Positions 11,901-22,512 of a stretch of DNA of 64,000 bases are shown piece by piece. The translations under genes were made by a program, and so were the position numbers. The DNA comes from Eukaryota sp. GEM-RC1. Lineage: Eukaryota. How positions within the stretch are numbered: position 1 is the stretch's first letter; the number at the start of each line of letters is the position of its first letter. The stretch covers positions 1,116,001-1,180,000 of the forward strand of contig JAUFOQ010000004.1 in NCBI GenBank assembly GCA_040285855.1, given 5' to 3'. The notes under the pieces are model-generated. The model made no database searches. It worked only from the letters and a program-made list of their open reading frames with translations, and was not told where the DNA came from.

Positions 11901-12066
11901 GTATCAGAAACTTAAACAAGACGAAGATCCTTATCCAAAGCACCCATTAATTCTTGGTCTCTTTGTTCTTGGATGTTCTACAGCTGCTTGGCCTGCTGTG
12001 TATCCCCATTGTCTCTCTTATTTGGCATTGGGTTTGCCTTATTTCTTCACTGGTGTTCCGTTTTAA
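8962..12066 (+). CDS. MLKL-like N-terminal helical domain + coiled coil + protein kinase + C-terminal multi-pass membrane region (1034 aa)
   Basis: Intact ORF. N-terminus ..IKTVKLNKTQSAVLASRVLRL..KWYKKVF resembles MLKL_NTD. Kinase motifs VIVK, HRDLKPDN, DWG, TPAWASPE, DVFSFG. About 8 hydrophobic segments in the last ~280 aa. Confidence 0.85.
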   Translation: MPPTSDQALIASLCKTIAGMRDDIAEWEPQRYINSIATPVLNTVGLIVEHSALLGPVGSALGTLFSTIKTVKLNKTQSAVLASRVLRLTKLLLSPLEAHSELADSSSVSTVFQNFVQVCGKVNTIVKQHDDAKWYKKVFTIEKYKREFEHCNKLLDDFSSELLIVFAGKTYEKLTPLSLQKIDAIIDYDCEQFQSALTTHNQALFKKLRTELREIQQEIIVASDQSIRNALVEQRRQLTEQRTNLQQEVEKSQVLDLKPTIFDDDLEIQWETSHFSGQSEVVCAEYALSDVIVKLYYGSNTVTSELAREFSILKSLPLSPSIPRIYGLALVYKNGKARHGIVMERLSSTTLKEKISTIKSPTKKLDILIRIADALSSSHEAKFLHRDLKPDNILFRGGCPVIIDWGSGKNMGSSNMSMSLNANRILTPAWASPELVAENTVYADAIDVFSFGLIAVFVLTKKSIWQDLESFPDRDQLIVDALKTGDIPDIPHSEDIPSSLLPLLNQCLQFKLVSRPNMSEVLSVLTAYRQNKAPADCLQLDNQPLCDYGLSLLTREYLKSVQAEVCVDIYTTALTLLKGCYSEMTFSKFKPVLSTIDDCNPMSTSLVGRKEKVFSLLRERFLAQAEIPVFNLNDLGVSDTIVDASNIGPILNDVSVRIQQHPNHDENDVEPNHSVTPPINTTGGGHDHFVTLPVNQDHNKEFIRRQSTELSSKDDSEVQIDFKQESTTSSVISTAADNSKSIEDEFPGYLSETLTTKVVLKYFAIFAIVTFICIVFPFLSTICGISLFGVFYFSKGSFVSVYFLFLCTTAVRLVILFVEVFVDVPHFTLFVSVGFSSQVFGLLILLFVTRHCHSSFVHFPKRINPKLVYFPELVWLTASIGLSLYRNGFSNMVYLTLGLLVVADLLFVLAFVSEKLQFLRTILSKIKDFASILILHYGNLFQYWFIDRFYDHPWHQNVKYVPYISVLLISGWYLHSAVMKYQKLKQDEDPYPKHPLILGLFVLGCSTAAWPAVYPHCLSYLALGLPYFFTGVPF

Positions 12067-12790
12067 AAACATTATCTGTATTTTTCAATTAAATCTGTAT
12101 TACATGTTCTTTTGTTGCATTATACTTAAGTGTCTTCAACATCTTAATGACATCAAGTCTATAAAACTAGAAATGGTCTCTTACTTGTCATTGCCTTCAT
12201 AATCTAATCGATGTGGTTTTTCAACAATGAAAAGAAATATCAACAGACATGATTAGTATTGAATATGTGTTCCATAGAACTCCGCTGAATTAAGGTATTT
12301 CTTTGGATACGAAGTCCTTGTATCAAGAATCATATGTTTATTGGAAGAAAAACTCAGACAACTCACAACGAATTAATCACAACGTTCACGGTAACTCTTC
12401 AATGAAACTAGTGGTGAAATGTTCATACTTACGGTCACCATTGGAAATTTCCGCATAGAGTTGACGCCAACACCTTATACACTGTCAAGGGACGGAATAA
12501 TCGCTTAATGAACAATTCTGTGTTGCTGCCAAGCAGTACAGTAAACAAGAATGGTCTTCTAAATTCAACAGAAAGAAACGTTTAGAATGAATAACACCAA
12601 CGATAAAGATCTAGAACTGGCCTATCTTCCAGAGATGTATTATTGTTTTGTGCTTAAGGCTTTTATAATAAAAAAAAATTTATATCACTTTTGCCAAGGA
12701 GCACCTGACATGTGTGAATGATGATAATTGTAATGATTGTGAAATGATTCCTTAAATTCTTTGAGTGGCGCACAACTTTTGCACTATTTT

Positions 12791-13630
12791 ATGGCCAATC
12801 GGGGTACCGTTTTTCGTGCGTGGGCCGCTTTTGTCTCTTTATCCTATTGCCTTCTTTTGGTGTCAGTATTTCATTGGAGCGAATCCAATAGTGATCCTTT
12901 TCAAACTGAAGTTCGTATTGGTTTGTGCTATGACAACTCTTTAACTAAACTTCTCACAATTGATTCCAAAGCTGTTACTGTTCATGAGAACATGTATGTT
13001 ATTCTCTCCACTTCATCATCTAAATCTCCCAGCAGCTTTACCCAATACTCCAGAGTTCTCATCTCCGTAAGTCCCAGATCTTATGGGTTGGAAACAGTGA
13101 CTACAATGCAGGATCTCGAAGGTTATAGCACTCTCCAGTCGACCGCTTTCAAATCTGTTCAATTATGGGATGATTCTGTCCCCATCACTTCCGTTCCCCC
13201 CAACACTGAACTATATCACTCCGAGTGTGCTAATGATGAAGATCGTGTTGCATTTATCGCGGTTTCATCATGTCATCTAACAAAGCCTCTTTGTGGACTC
13301 TTCTTCCAAAAGATCGATTTGAATGTCTATGGTTTTCTCAATAATGTGCTGTATTTACAGGATTCTTCGGTGATTCGTAGTTCCATGAGAGATGTCTTTT
13401 TAGGGATTTTGGCTGCACTTGCTGTGGGATATATCATTTGTGGTGCATGTGCGTCAGATACCAGACACTATTCACCTGGTGATGCTTGTTTATATGATTG
13501 CTGTCCTGAAGTTTATGAATCATGCATTTGTTGTGGACGACGGGGGCTTTTAGTTATACCTCTAATTTTCCTGTCTGTTCTGTATTTCATGGCTGCTCCT
13601 GTTTGGCACCTGGTTGCATTTGCTTTGTAA
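12791..13630 (+). CDS. Membrane protein of unknown function (N-terminal TM/signal, Cys-rich region, 2 C-terminal TMs), paralog A
   Basis: ATG at 12791; full-length collinear paralog at 14964..15803. Confidence 0.8.
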   Translation: MANRGTVFRAWAAFVSLSYCLLLVSVFHWSESNSDPFQTEVRIGLCYDNSLTKLLTIDSKAVTVHENMYVILSTSSSKSPSSFTQYSRVLISVSPRSYGLETVTTMQDLEGYSTLQSTAFKSVQLWDDSVPITSVPPNTELYHSECANDEDRVAFIAVSSCHLTKPLCGLFFQKIDLNVYGFLNNVLYLQDSSVIRSSMRDVFLGILAALAVGYIICGACASDTRHYSPGDACLYDCCPEVYESCICCGRRGLLVIPLIFLSVLYFMAAPVWHLVAFAL

Positions 13631-14963
13631 TGTGTCATCATTTTTTTCTGTTCATTTTCAATCAAACCACATTGGCAAATGAAATAATAAACTCAAAGGA
13701 GTCATACAGTATATTAAAACTGGCTCATACACGGATTTCATTGCACGTCTTTGCAGTTACGAGCTATCCTGTATGTTTGGAATTCATTTAATGAACATTG
13801 AAGTCCAAACTTACATCAATATTTCAAAACTGTTTCATTAAGAGACAAAGCATTATCTCAATCAGAAACACTGACACATAACAAATCCTTTTGTTATCCT
13901 TACAGGGAAGACTGGCTTTGCAATTACATGTCTTTTGTACAATTTTGTTCATTCCACGAGTCACAATCACTTCCACAGGAGAATGAGAGCGGATTTAGTT
14001 TTGAAGGGACTTTCCATAGAACTGTTTAGGCTTTAGTGTTTCTTATGCTTTTATGTAAAGTTGTTTCTCAATGTGGTCTAACTGAAACAAGCTATAACTA
14101 TTGTGTATCTACTTTCAGCGTTCACGATCTGCAAACCGAAGTCTGATACGACAACCAGTTAGAAATGGGGGGGGGACATTATGGGAGATGAACAAACTAG
14201 AACGGAAACCAGTCTTCAACAACACCCTTATATCTAAGTGACTCACAGAAGCGTCTCCAAGGGAGAAGTGGACTCAGGGAAGTCGGAGAGCTTTGATATC
14301 AAGCAATTGTGCAACTATTTCGAAGCCAGAATTCTGGAAAACAGCTAATTAGAACAAGACACACTATGTAATGCAGAATCTGGTCATTTTGTGTAAAGAC
14401 TTAGAGTTATGACAACAAAAGGGCAGACTGAAGGAAAAGTTAACTACGAGATGGAAACAATCAAGCCTAGAAGACAAGAACGATTGTGAAAGGATTCTAC
14501 TAATATACAGAAGAAGCATCGATCAGAACAGCAAGAGAAGCGATTAAAGAGTATGAAAAAAGCAACGGTAATGGACAAGAAATCAGACTTGAAGAGGAAA
14601 CAACACCGTGCATGTATACAATAAGATCGGATGAGAGTAAGCCAAAGAGACCATTAAAGAGGCGGAACACAGAGTTAGGATATCCAACTTAGAAAAGTCA
14701 GAAAGACACTCAAAAAAGATGATTATGGCCAATTTCGTACCAAGTTGATTCGCATATTTTAATTGGCCAATGTTTCAATGTATTCAATGATTTGAGTAGA
14801 GCCAATCAGTGTGTCATACCAATCTGTTCAAACAATTGCATTGACAATTCATTTTTTCCAGCCCTGTGCTAGTGGTTCAATAGTGTCTCAATTTCATAGA
14901 ATAAAACCACATTGATGATCATGCTCAGTCAAAATTTCCACTATAATTTTGTTGGAGAAACCA

Positions 14964-15803
14964 ATGCCCCAGCGTGGTACGGTTTTCCGTGTTTGGGCCG
15001 CTTTGCTGTGTTTCACTTACGCCTATTGTTTGCTTTCAGTGCTAGATTGGAGTGAATCCGAAAGTGATCTTTTTGAAACTAATCTTCGTCTTGGGCTGTG
15101 CAATGACAACTCCTTAACTAGGCTGTTCACCATCGACACCAAAGAAGTTGCTCATCATGAGCAAATGGATGTTGTTCTCTCTACTTCATCATCTAAATCT
15201 CCTAGCTATTTTTCCCATTACTTTAGAGTTCTCATCTCCGCAAGACCCAGATCTCATACTTTGGAAACTGCAACAACAATGCAGGATCGTAAAGGTTCCA
15301 ACACGCTGCGCGCACGTACTTTCAAATCTATTCAATTATGGGATGATTCTGTCCCTATCACTTCCGTTCCTCCCAACACTGAACTATATCATTCCGAGTG
15401 TGCTATTCATGAAGATGGTGTTGCATTGATCGCGGTTTCATCATGTCATCTAACAAAGCCTCTTTGTGGACTCTTCTTCCAAAAGATCGATATGAATGTC
15501 TATGGTTTTCTCAATGATACGCTGTATTTGCACGAATCAGATGTGTCTCGATCAGCAGTGAAAGACATAGTGTTAGCGATAACTATGATAGTCACTGCGG
15601 GTTATTTATATTGTTCATTTCCTGTATTGATTGCATATAGGGGATCCCGTTATAATGAATGTTGCTATAGCTGCGCTCCTGAGAGATATGATTTTCTAGG
15701 TCGTGTGGGACGCACAGTGCTTTTGATATTGCCTCTCATTTTTATGTGTGTTATTTATTATTCGATATCTTCTGTATGGGATCAGGTTGCTTTTGCTTTT
15801 TGA
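14964..15803 (+). CDS. Membrane protein of unknown function, paralog B
   Basis: ATG at 14964; same length and architecture as 12791..13630. Confidence 0.8.
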   Translation: MPQRGTVFRVWAALLCFTYAYCLLSVLDWSESESDLFETNLRLGLCNDNSLTRLFTIDTKEVAHHEQMDVVLSTSSSKSPSYFSHYFRVLISARPRSHTLETATTMQDRKGSNTLRARTFKSIQLWDDSVPITSVPPNTELYHSECAIHEDGVALIAVSSCHLTKPLCGLFFQKIDMNVYGFLNDTLYLHESDVSRSAVKDIVLAITMIVTAGYLYCSFPVLIAYRGSRYNECCYSCAPERYDFLGRVGRTVLLILPLIFMCVIYYSISSVWDQVAFAF

Positions 15804-15975
15804 AGTTGCGTAATATCCTTTTCTGAGTATCAAAACCATGACTTGAATTTGTTGTTTAGTTCGTTGATTTTAACTGAAACAATACAAGATTTTAGTATTC
15901 CGATATCCATTGATTCAAAAAGAGACATCATACCCCTAGGTGTAATTGAAAAAGCATCATGTTTACACAAAAAGG

Positions 15976-16983
15976 CATATTTCAGATCTACATATACACA
16001 TAATATACTGTACATACAGAAAATCCGTACATACAGTGTATACAAAAATCCCCAAGATGATGGTTAACGGTGTATATTTGTATATGAGTTCATTTACTTG
16101 TTATACAAAGGTTTATGAACTTTTTTTTCAGAGTCTACTGGATGACCAGACTGCATTAGTCCATTGTCAAGGACAAAGATTCAAATCATTATGCAAATAA
16201 GTAATGATCAATTGTATTGGGATAGGCTAAATACACCCAGAACTCAACACAATTTCTTCATATGATATTGAAAAACATATTAAGTTTATTATTTTAAAAC
16301 TTTGCCACTCAGGAAAAATCACACGTCTTTTGAGATCTACAACTCCTTCAATCGCTCTGAATTTTTCTAGATCTTTTAACGAGTTGAGCTTTAAATTTTT
16401 TGCTTCATTGTTAAAAGTTGATTCAACGTTACTTAGAAGTCATTTGTTTACTTTTGCTCGTTTTGGTGGTATTTATTTTTACCAAATCGTCAATTCTTTG
16501 TAAATCTGCTTTTTTAGGGGGCGAGAAAAAATTTCATTTTTGAATTTGTTAATCGATTTCCAAGTGATACTACACTTATCAACCTCAGTTCTTGTAAATA
16601 TTTATTTGACTTAAACGAAGCATTTGAAGAGGTGCCAAAAATCAATGTTGAAGACGAAAGTGAAGAGATTACGGTAAGTGATGATGATGGATTATCTGGT
16701 TTCTGTTTGGAAATGGAGGAGGACGTGATCATGGCATTGTATCCAAAGCGAAAGGTGGAAAAAGAAGAAAGAATACAAAATAGACTGTTAAACGTTCTGT
16801 GGCTGATGATTAGACTTGTTGTTGAATAAAAAGTATTTTAAATACATGTATTTGTTGATGTATGTGTCTATGAACTGTATATAAAATTGTTACTTAGTGT
16901 ATATAACAGTATATACAAATGTATATGTGTATTTGTGTATATACAGTACATGAAAAATCGAACCCGTGTATATCTGAACTATG
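15976..16983. mobile_element. Older CAT...ATG-terminated non-autonomous DNA transposon
   Basis: TIRs CATATTTCAGATCTACA vs reverse complement CATAGTTCAGATATACA (15/17); TATAC/GTATA subterminal repeats at both ends; TSD decayed (5/8). Confidence 0.6.
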
Positions 16984-17278
16984 CAACAAATTACTTCTTA
17001 CTTTGTCATTTGTGGTGACTTTACATTTGCCATAACAGGAACAATTTACAGTTGTAGTATTAGCTGTTTAGGTCAAATGATGATTCTTAATCACAATACC
17101 ATTGTCTACCATGTACGAATAGCAATACAACAATAAATAGCTCGCTTCTTATACACCATCATCCGTGTGTTATACTGAATAGTAGTGTAGGGGACTTCGG
17201 AAACGTTTCTTTCATGTTACTAGCAAAAGTAGTCAGTTTTCACACCATTCAGACCGAAATTAATAACATAGTAAACAC

Positions 17279-17899
17279 CAGGGTTCACTAAAGTAGTCCA
17301 AAATTCTAAATTAAAGTAAAGTAAAGTACTTTACTTTACTTTAAGCTTTACTTTACTTTGATAAATAAAGTTACTTTAAAGACATTAAAGTTGGATCCGA
17401 TCTCAATTCCTCTCCCATACATTCTCTCCTGAAAATTGAAAATAGATTTCCATGACATTCCTACTTCCGAACAGCTCCTTCAAATCAGTTCTTCGACTGG
17501 CAACCAGCAGAGGAAGTGGTCTTTGTATTTGAGGATGATGACCAAGAAGTGTCTGATGAAGATCTAGAAGAGAATGAAGAAGATGTGGTCCAAGTTGAAG
17601 AAGTGAACCCATATGAAGATGTGGTCCAAGTTGATCCATAGTGAAAATGATATAATCTTAAGCGCTCAGCCATTGCCCGCTTTCCATTTTTACATTCCAG
17701 TTTTTGGTGAGTTTCTACAATAAAACATGTATAATAGTGTACTTTTGGTGTCAAAGAGTTATTTACTGTGCTCAGAAAGCAAAATAAACAAGATTGATGT
17801 TTGTCACTTTACCGTTCCGAAATATTAAAGTAAAGTAAAGTAAAGTAAAGTAAAGTAAAGTAAAGTCACTTTATCACTTTACTACTTTAGTGAAGCCTG
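17279..17899. mobile_element. Non-autonomous hAT element
   Basis: TIRs CAGGGTTCACTAAAGTAGT / ACTACTTTAGTGAAGCCTG; perfect 8-bp TSD GTAAACAC (17271..17278, 17900..17907); (TAAAG)n subterminal arrays. Confidence 0.92.
17826..17866 (+). repeat. (TAAAG)n pentamer array, subterminal repeat of the hAT element
   Basis: About 8 tandem copies read directly; mixed-orientation copies at 17312..17359. Confidence 0.9.
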
Positions 17900-18069
17900 G
17901 TAAACACTAGTGTTTCGAGAAACGTATCAAAATTGTTGCGGAAACGTTGCAGAACCGTTTCTGAACTTCTACGTTTGCGAAACGAATCTGGACAGTGTAA
18001 ATCGCATTCACAAATTATCCATTTTTGTGAAATTGTGGCGATTTCAAATTTGTTTTTAATACTTGGAAA

Positions 18070-18933
18070 CATAGTTGGGAAATACAACTTCATGCCTCTG
18101 TATTAATACAAATACAAATACAGATACAAATACAACGAATACAAATACACTATTTCTATCACGTGAGTGTATTTCGATTGTATTTCAGGTGGAAACATAT
18201 GTGTTACTTTGATAAGACCATTGAAAATAATCAACTATACTATGAAGTGGTAGTGCGAAAAACTTTATACGTTTCATCGTGTTGACGCGGAAAGTAGTAG
18301 AACTTTGGTTTTATACTACAGAAACTCAACAAAAACCAAATACATATTCATTTCTAGTTACAAATATACAATATAAATCTATATATTTTAAATCTTGATT
18401 AGTTCGTTGCTGTTTACGTTTGTTCAATCTTTAATTTAAACCACCGTGACTGCATGCTCTCTGTTACTTTGGAGTTTAAATGCTTCAACACAATTCTACT
18501 TTATTCTAAATTGACATCAAGATAAAATCAGGTCACAGAAAGAAAATGAATGTTCTTGAATTATCTTATCTTATTGAAATATATCGTATATTGTTGAGTT
18601 TTCAATAAATATATATTGTTATTGAACAATATATGAATTTATTTTACATTCCTGAACATAATTGGATGAATTGGAATTTCCTGAAAACACACAACTTCAT
18701 CCTATCATTGTACGTACTTTTGCAGGAGAAACATTGTAATTGGTACTCAAACAGTATTTTTATCACGTGAATCTACATTGAATAGATAGAATGAATAAGA
18801 CTAAATAGTAATAACTCAATGCTGATATGAAAAATTCCAAAAAAAAATACAAACAAGGGCTTTGTATTAATACAAATACAAATACAAAATACAAAATACA
18901 CAGAATACATGTATTCGGTATTTCCCATCTATG
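18070..18933. mobile_element. Non-autonomous CATAG-ended element (P- or hAT-like)
   Basis: TIRs CATAGTTGGGAAATAC / GTATTTCCCATCTATG; perfect 8-bp TSD CTTGGAAA; AATACA subterminal repeats. Confidence 0.9.
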
Positions 18934-20739
18934 CTTGGAAACGTTTCGGAAACGTAAAAAAGCTGAAACATAGAAACGTATATACTATATAGCTAAAATG
19001 AGATGACAAAAGCTGGAAGAGTCCACCCCGCAAGAAACAAACAAAATGTTGTCACTCAATAACCATTTGATCATTCCATTATTTCTAGACACAACAATTT
19101 TGTTGTGTGGTTTTCTGTTTATCGAAATATGACTTTCTGAGGTGAATGTTAAAAACGTACTCTTTTACTGGGTGGTGATGAAGTCGTTTGGATTTAGTCT
19201 TTGTATTATTTGTTTGTTTTAACAAATTCACTCCTTTGTAGAAATGATTCCTTTTTGGGTGCCGAATACAAAAGACTCAGAATTAATAGTTAAATCCACA
19301 TTTTTGACTTAGCTCTGGTCGTTATATTTGTTGTTTTAATGATATCTATTGTTCCCTAAAAGAATTTACAGTGTTTTGTTTCAACCGTATGGCTCACTTT
19401 GGTATACTGCCATTTTAATAATTTATTGTTGGGGATTTCAGCGACCAATCAAAAAGAAAAATTCATTCGGAACTTGTTTGTTTTGTTTTTGTAGAACAAT
19501 CATAGAAGGACTTCTAATAGACTAGATTTATAACATGGTAGTTCGTACAGTAAAGTGGAAGGACTACCTGAATATCAATCAAAGATTGATTAGAGTATTG
19601 AGATTTGTTCCACTGATCGTTGTTGGAAACGGTCAAAATTAATTGATCCTTGATGGGTTTTGATGGAATTGAAGTTGTCTCATCAAATTCGCTCCCAGTA
19701 TTTAGTGTACGATGTGCAATCTAATAGGTACGGTCTATTGATCAAACCATCATCAGTTAGAATCCCGAGTTCATTATCCAGATCTCTACCTATATGTAAT
19801 GTTCCGGTACCAGGGATTATAGGGAGATTATACCTTTTGTGAGTCTAATGCACTTTCAACATTGAACGTAAGAGCTCCAATTACACTAACTAAGGAAGTC
19901 GAGCGAATATTGTTCAGTGAAATGTATTCAGTACTGATGTCAGTATTTTCCATTCCACATTGTAGTACGAACCACTAGTAGATAATCATGAAGCAGAAAT
20001 GACGAAGAACAGTGAATGCTAACATGTGTTCCGAATTTTGGTGGCACAACCAGGCTTGTATAAAATGTTGCTCAAAAATAAAAAACCCGGCGGTTTTTAT
20101 CGTTTTTTCGAATTTAACAAAAAACGTTCAAAAAGAACAGTTCAACTTTTTCAACTTTCCCCGGTTTTCTCACTTCACTTTCATCAATCGGACCTTTCAG
20201 AGTTCGATCATCACAGCTATCTTCCTTTGAGATTGGAAGGAGAACACCATGTAGATGATGTACACTGCTCATCTAACGGTGATCACGTGTCATGGTGGGA
20301 AGATAACATAGACTGTGCATTAAGAACATTGTCGGAGTGTATTTGAAGGTCGTTGAACTTAGATACAGAGCCAAATAGCATATACTTTACGAGTTATAGT
20401 CTCACCAACAATTTCTCTTGCCTTGGTTCAGTCCTGTTTAGTCAGATACATTACACATGGTATAACACCTGTCAAATTAAGACAAAAGTGGAGTAGAAAG
20501 TTGTGCATTTTGTGTCAGTCCAGAATATAGAAAACGTTGACAATAATAAAGACGTACATGATACATTTTGATTGTAAAATGCCAAAAGCTCGAAATTCTA
20601 AAAACCAATAACAAAGTAAAATACGGAAAATATATCTGGTAATTAACAGAATAGAATGTTATACATTACACTTGATCTGGTTGTCGGATTGCGTATTTTT
20701 TTCTATCATTTGAGCTAATTCAAAAGTAAAGAAAATTTA

Positions 20740-21084
20740 TCAATAAGGAGAATGAATGTTTACAGTAAAGTGCGTACCAGATCGATAAACAACATGGCAA
20801 TCAGGACGACAGTATATTTGAAATCCTGACACTGCATTCCAACCAAAGGTTACGTTTTCGTTACCTCGACATCCCTGAAACTCATACACAACTTCACCGA
20901 TATTACCAGTGGATCTAAGATTTGAGGGACCAGGAAACATTTTGTTGGGGAGATCTTCCCAATATCCGTTAGTAGTTGCATTTTGAAGACTCATTGTACA
21001 AGCAGAATTAATGACCCTAGCACTCCAACTGTTGACGAAAGTAGCATAGACAGCAATTAAGAAGAGGAAATAGATGACAGGCAT
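20740..21084 (-). CDS. Small secreted protein (114 aa), possibly aegerolysin/ET79-like beta-sandwich
   Basis: Signal-peptide-like N-terminus MPVIYFLFLIAVYATFVNS; 4 Cys; GYWxxxP...GEVVY...VTFGWN pattern; decayed paralog at 5.3-5.7 kb. Confidence 0.7.
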   Translation of the reverse strand: MPVIYFLFLIAVYATFVNSWSARVINSACTMSLQNATTNGYWEDLPNKMFPGPSNLRSTGNIGEVVYEFQGCRGNENVTFGWNAVSGFQIYCRPDCHVVYRSGTHFTVNIHSPY

Positions 21085-21131
21085 CAGCTAAGCAAGTTGA
21101 AAAAAATAGATCAAAGTTCTATTTCCAATAA

Positions 21132-22205
21132 ATGGCATTGCCTATCATCATCGACAACGGCTCTTATTCCATTCGTGCAAGTCCGTCCAGTGACAACACT
21201 CCAGAGACTCAAATTCCCTGCTTTAAGGGTTCGTCTTTACATAAACGTTTATCAGACTCTTCAACATCTCGTTCTGAATTTATTGGCCAGGATTGGATAA
21301 ACAACTATCTTAATCTGTCTTCTTCTCATATTTCTTCGTTGACTGATTGGAGTCAAATCATTCAACATATATACATTCATCATCTTAGACTTCCTTTCCA
21401 TGATCATCCGATATTGATGTCTGAATCACATTTTTGCTCACATCAAGAACGCAGGAATCTTGCGGAAGTTCTGTTTGGGGAATTTCAAGTTCCTTCTGTC
21501 TGTTTTGCGTCCTCTGCAGTTCTATCTTTATATGCCACTGGCAAACTACATGGATGCATGCTTTCTAGTGGATACAGCTCGTCATTTGTTGTACCAATAG
21601 TTGATGGATATTCTATCGAAAATGCTACCGAAAAGACAAATCTAGCTGGAAAAGCCGTCACTGATCGCTTCATCAAGGAACTTTCTCTATCCAATAACAA
21701 CGTCAGTTTTACTTCCACATCTGAACATTATCTTGCCTCTAAAATCAAGGAACGTGTTTGTTTTGTTTCACAAGAAGACGGATCTTTATGTCATTACGTA
21801 CTCCCAGATGGAAATGTGCTGAATCTAGGAACTGAACGACGCTCAGCACCAGAATTATTGTTTACTCCTACTGAACATGGCGTTGATGCTCCAGGAATAT
21901 CAGCAATGACTAGAACTGTTCTGGACCAGTGTTCTATAGAGGCAAGAGCCCAGTTGTATAGTAACATTGTATTATCAGGAGGAAACACTCTATTTAGAGG
22001 GTTTGCCCAACGTTTAATCAATGATTTATCGTGCTCAGCTCCAAGTAAGTACACTAGAATAAGGGTGTATGCCCATAAAGACAGAGAATTATCGGCCTGG
22101 AATGGAGGAACTATATTAGCCAATTTGTCTTCTTTTGAAAAGTTCTCGGTTTCTCGAAAAGATTATGAAGAAAGTGGAGGAAGGAATATACGGTTTATTG
22201 GTTGA
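21132..22205 (+). CDS. ACTR1: Actin-related protein, most like Arp1/centractin
   Basis: IIIDNGS, HPILMSE, AVLSLYATG, VVPIVDGY, IKERVC, YVLPDG, LYSNIVLSGGNTLF, SAWNGGTILANL. Actin fold is clear; subfamily is less certain. Confidence 0.8.
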   Translation: MALPIIIDNGSYSIRASPSSDNTPETQIPCFKGSSLHKRLSDSSTSRSEFIGQDWINNYLNLSSSHISSLTDWSQIIQHIYIHHLRLPFHDHPILMSESHFCSHQERRNLAEVLFGEFQVPSVCFASSAVLSLYATGKLHGCMLSSGYSSSFVVPIVDGYSIENATEKTNLAGKAVTDRFIKELSLSNNNVSFTSTSEHYLASKIKERVCFVSQEDGSLCHYVLPDGNVLNLGTERRSAPELLFTPTEHGVDAPGISAMTRTVLDQCSIEARAQLYSNIVLSGGNTLFRGFAQRLINDLSCSAPSKYTRIRVYAHKDRELSAWNGGTILANLSSFEKFSVSRKDYEESGGRNIRFIG

Positions 22206-22314
22206 GATGAACAAGATGCACCAACCGGCAAAAAAATAAAAGACAAGTAGGATATTAGTTAGAAGAAAGAGAAAATAATGTGACAGTGAGAACTAGAAGG
22301 AATATGACAGCGTA

Positions 22315-22464
22315 TTAGCGAGCTTCAAACTGGACAGGATGTTCAGTTCGCTTTTTGTAAAAGATTCGTCCACCACAGTGATGGCAACGAACGATATCTC
22401 TGGGTTCAAGCTTTACGCGTTGAGCACATTCACCGCAAATATATTCAGTAGCTGTTGAAGACAT
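22315..22464 (-). CDS. POLR2K: DNA-directed RNA polymerases I/II/III subunit RPABC4 (Rpb12), 49 aa
   Basis: YICGEC...[18 protein letters not shown]...QFEAR; true start is ATG 22464. Confidence 0.95.
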   Translation of the reverse strand: MSSTATEYICGECAQRVKLEPRDIVRCHHCGGRIFYKKRTEHPVQFEAR

Positions 22465-22512
22465 AACAAAGAACAATAAAGGGAGAATGAACACCAACAT
22501 TTTCCAACTCAA

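Noticed and set aside
13930..14700. Possible LTR-retrotransposon integrase relic; also a protease-like IGRD fragment near 19750..19830
   Set aside because: Too degenerate to support; no LTRs or clear catalytic motifs
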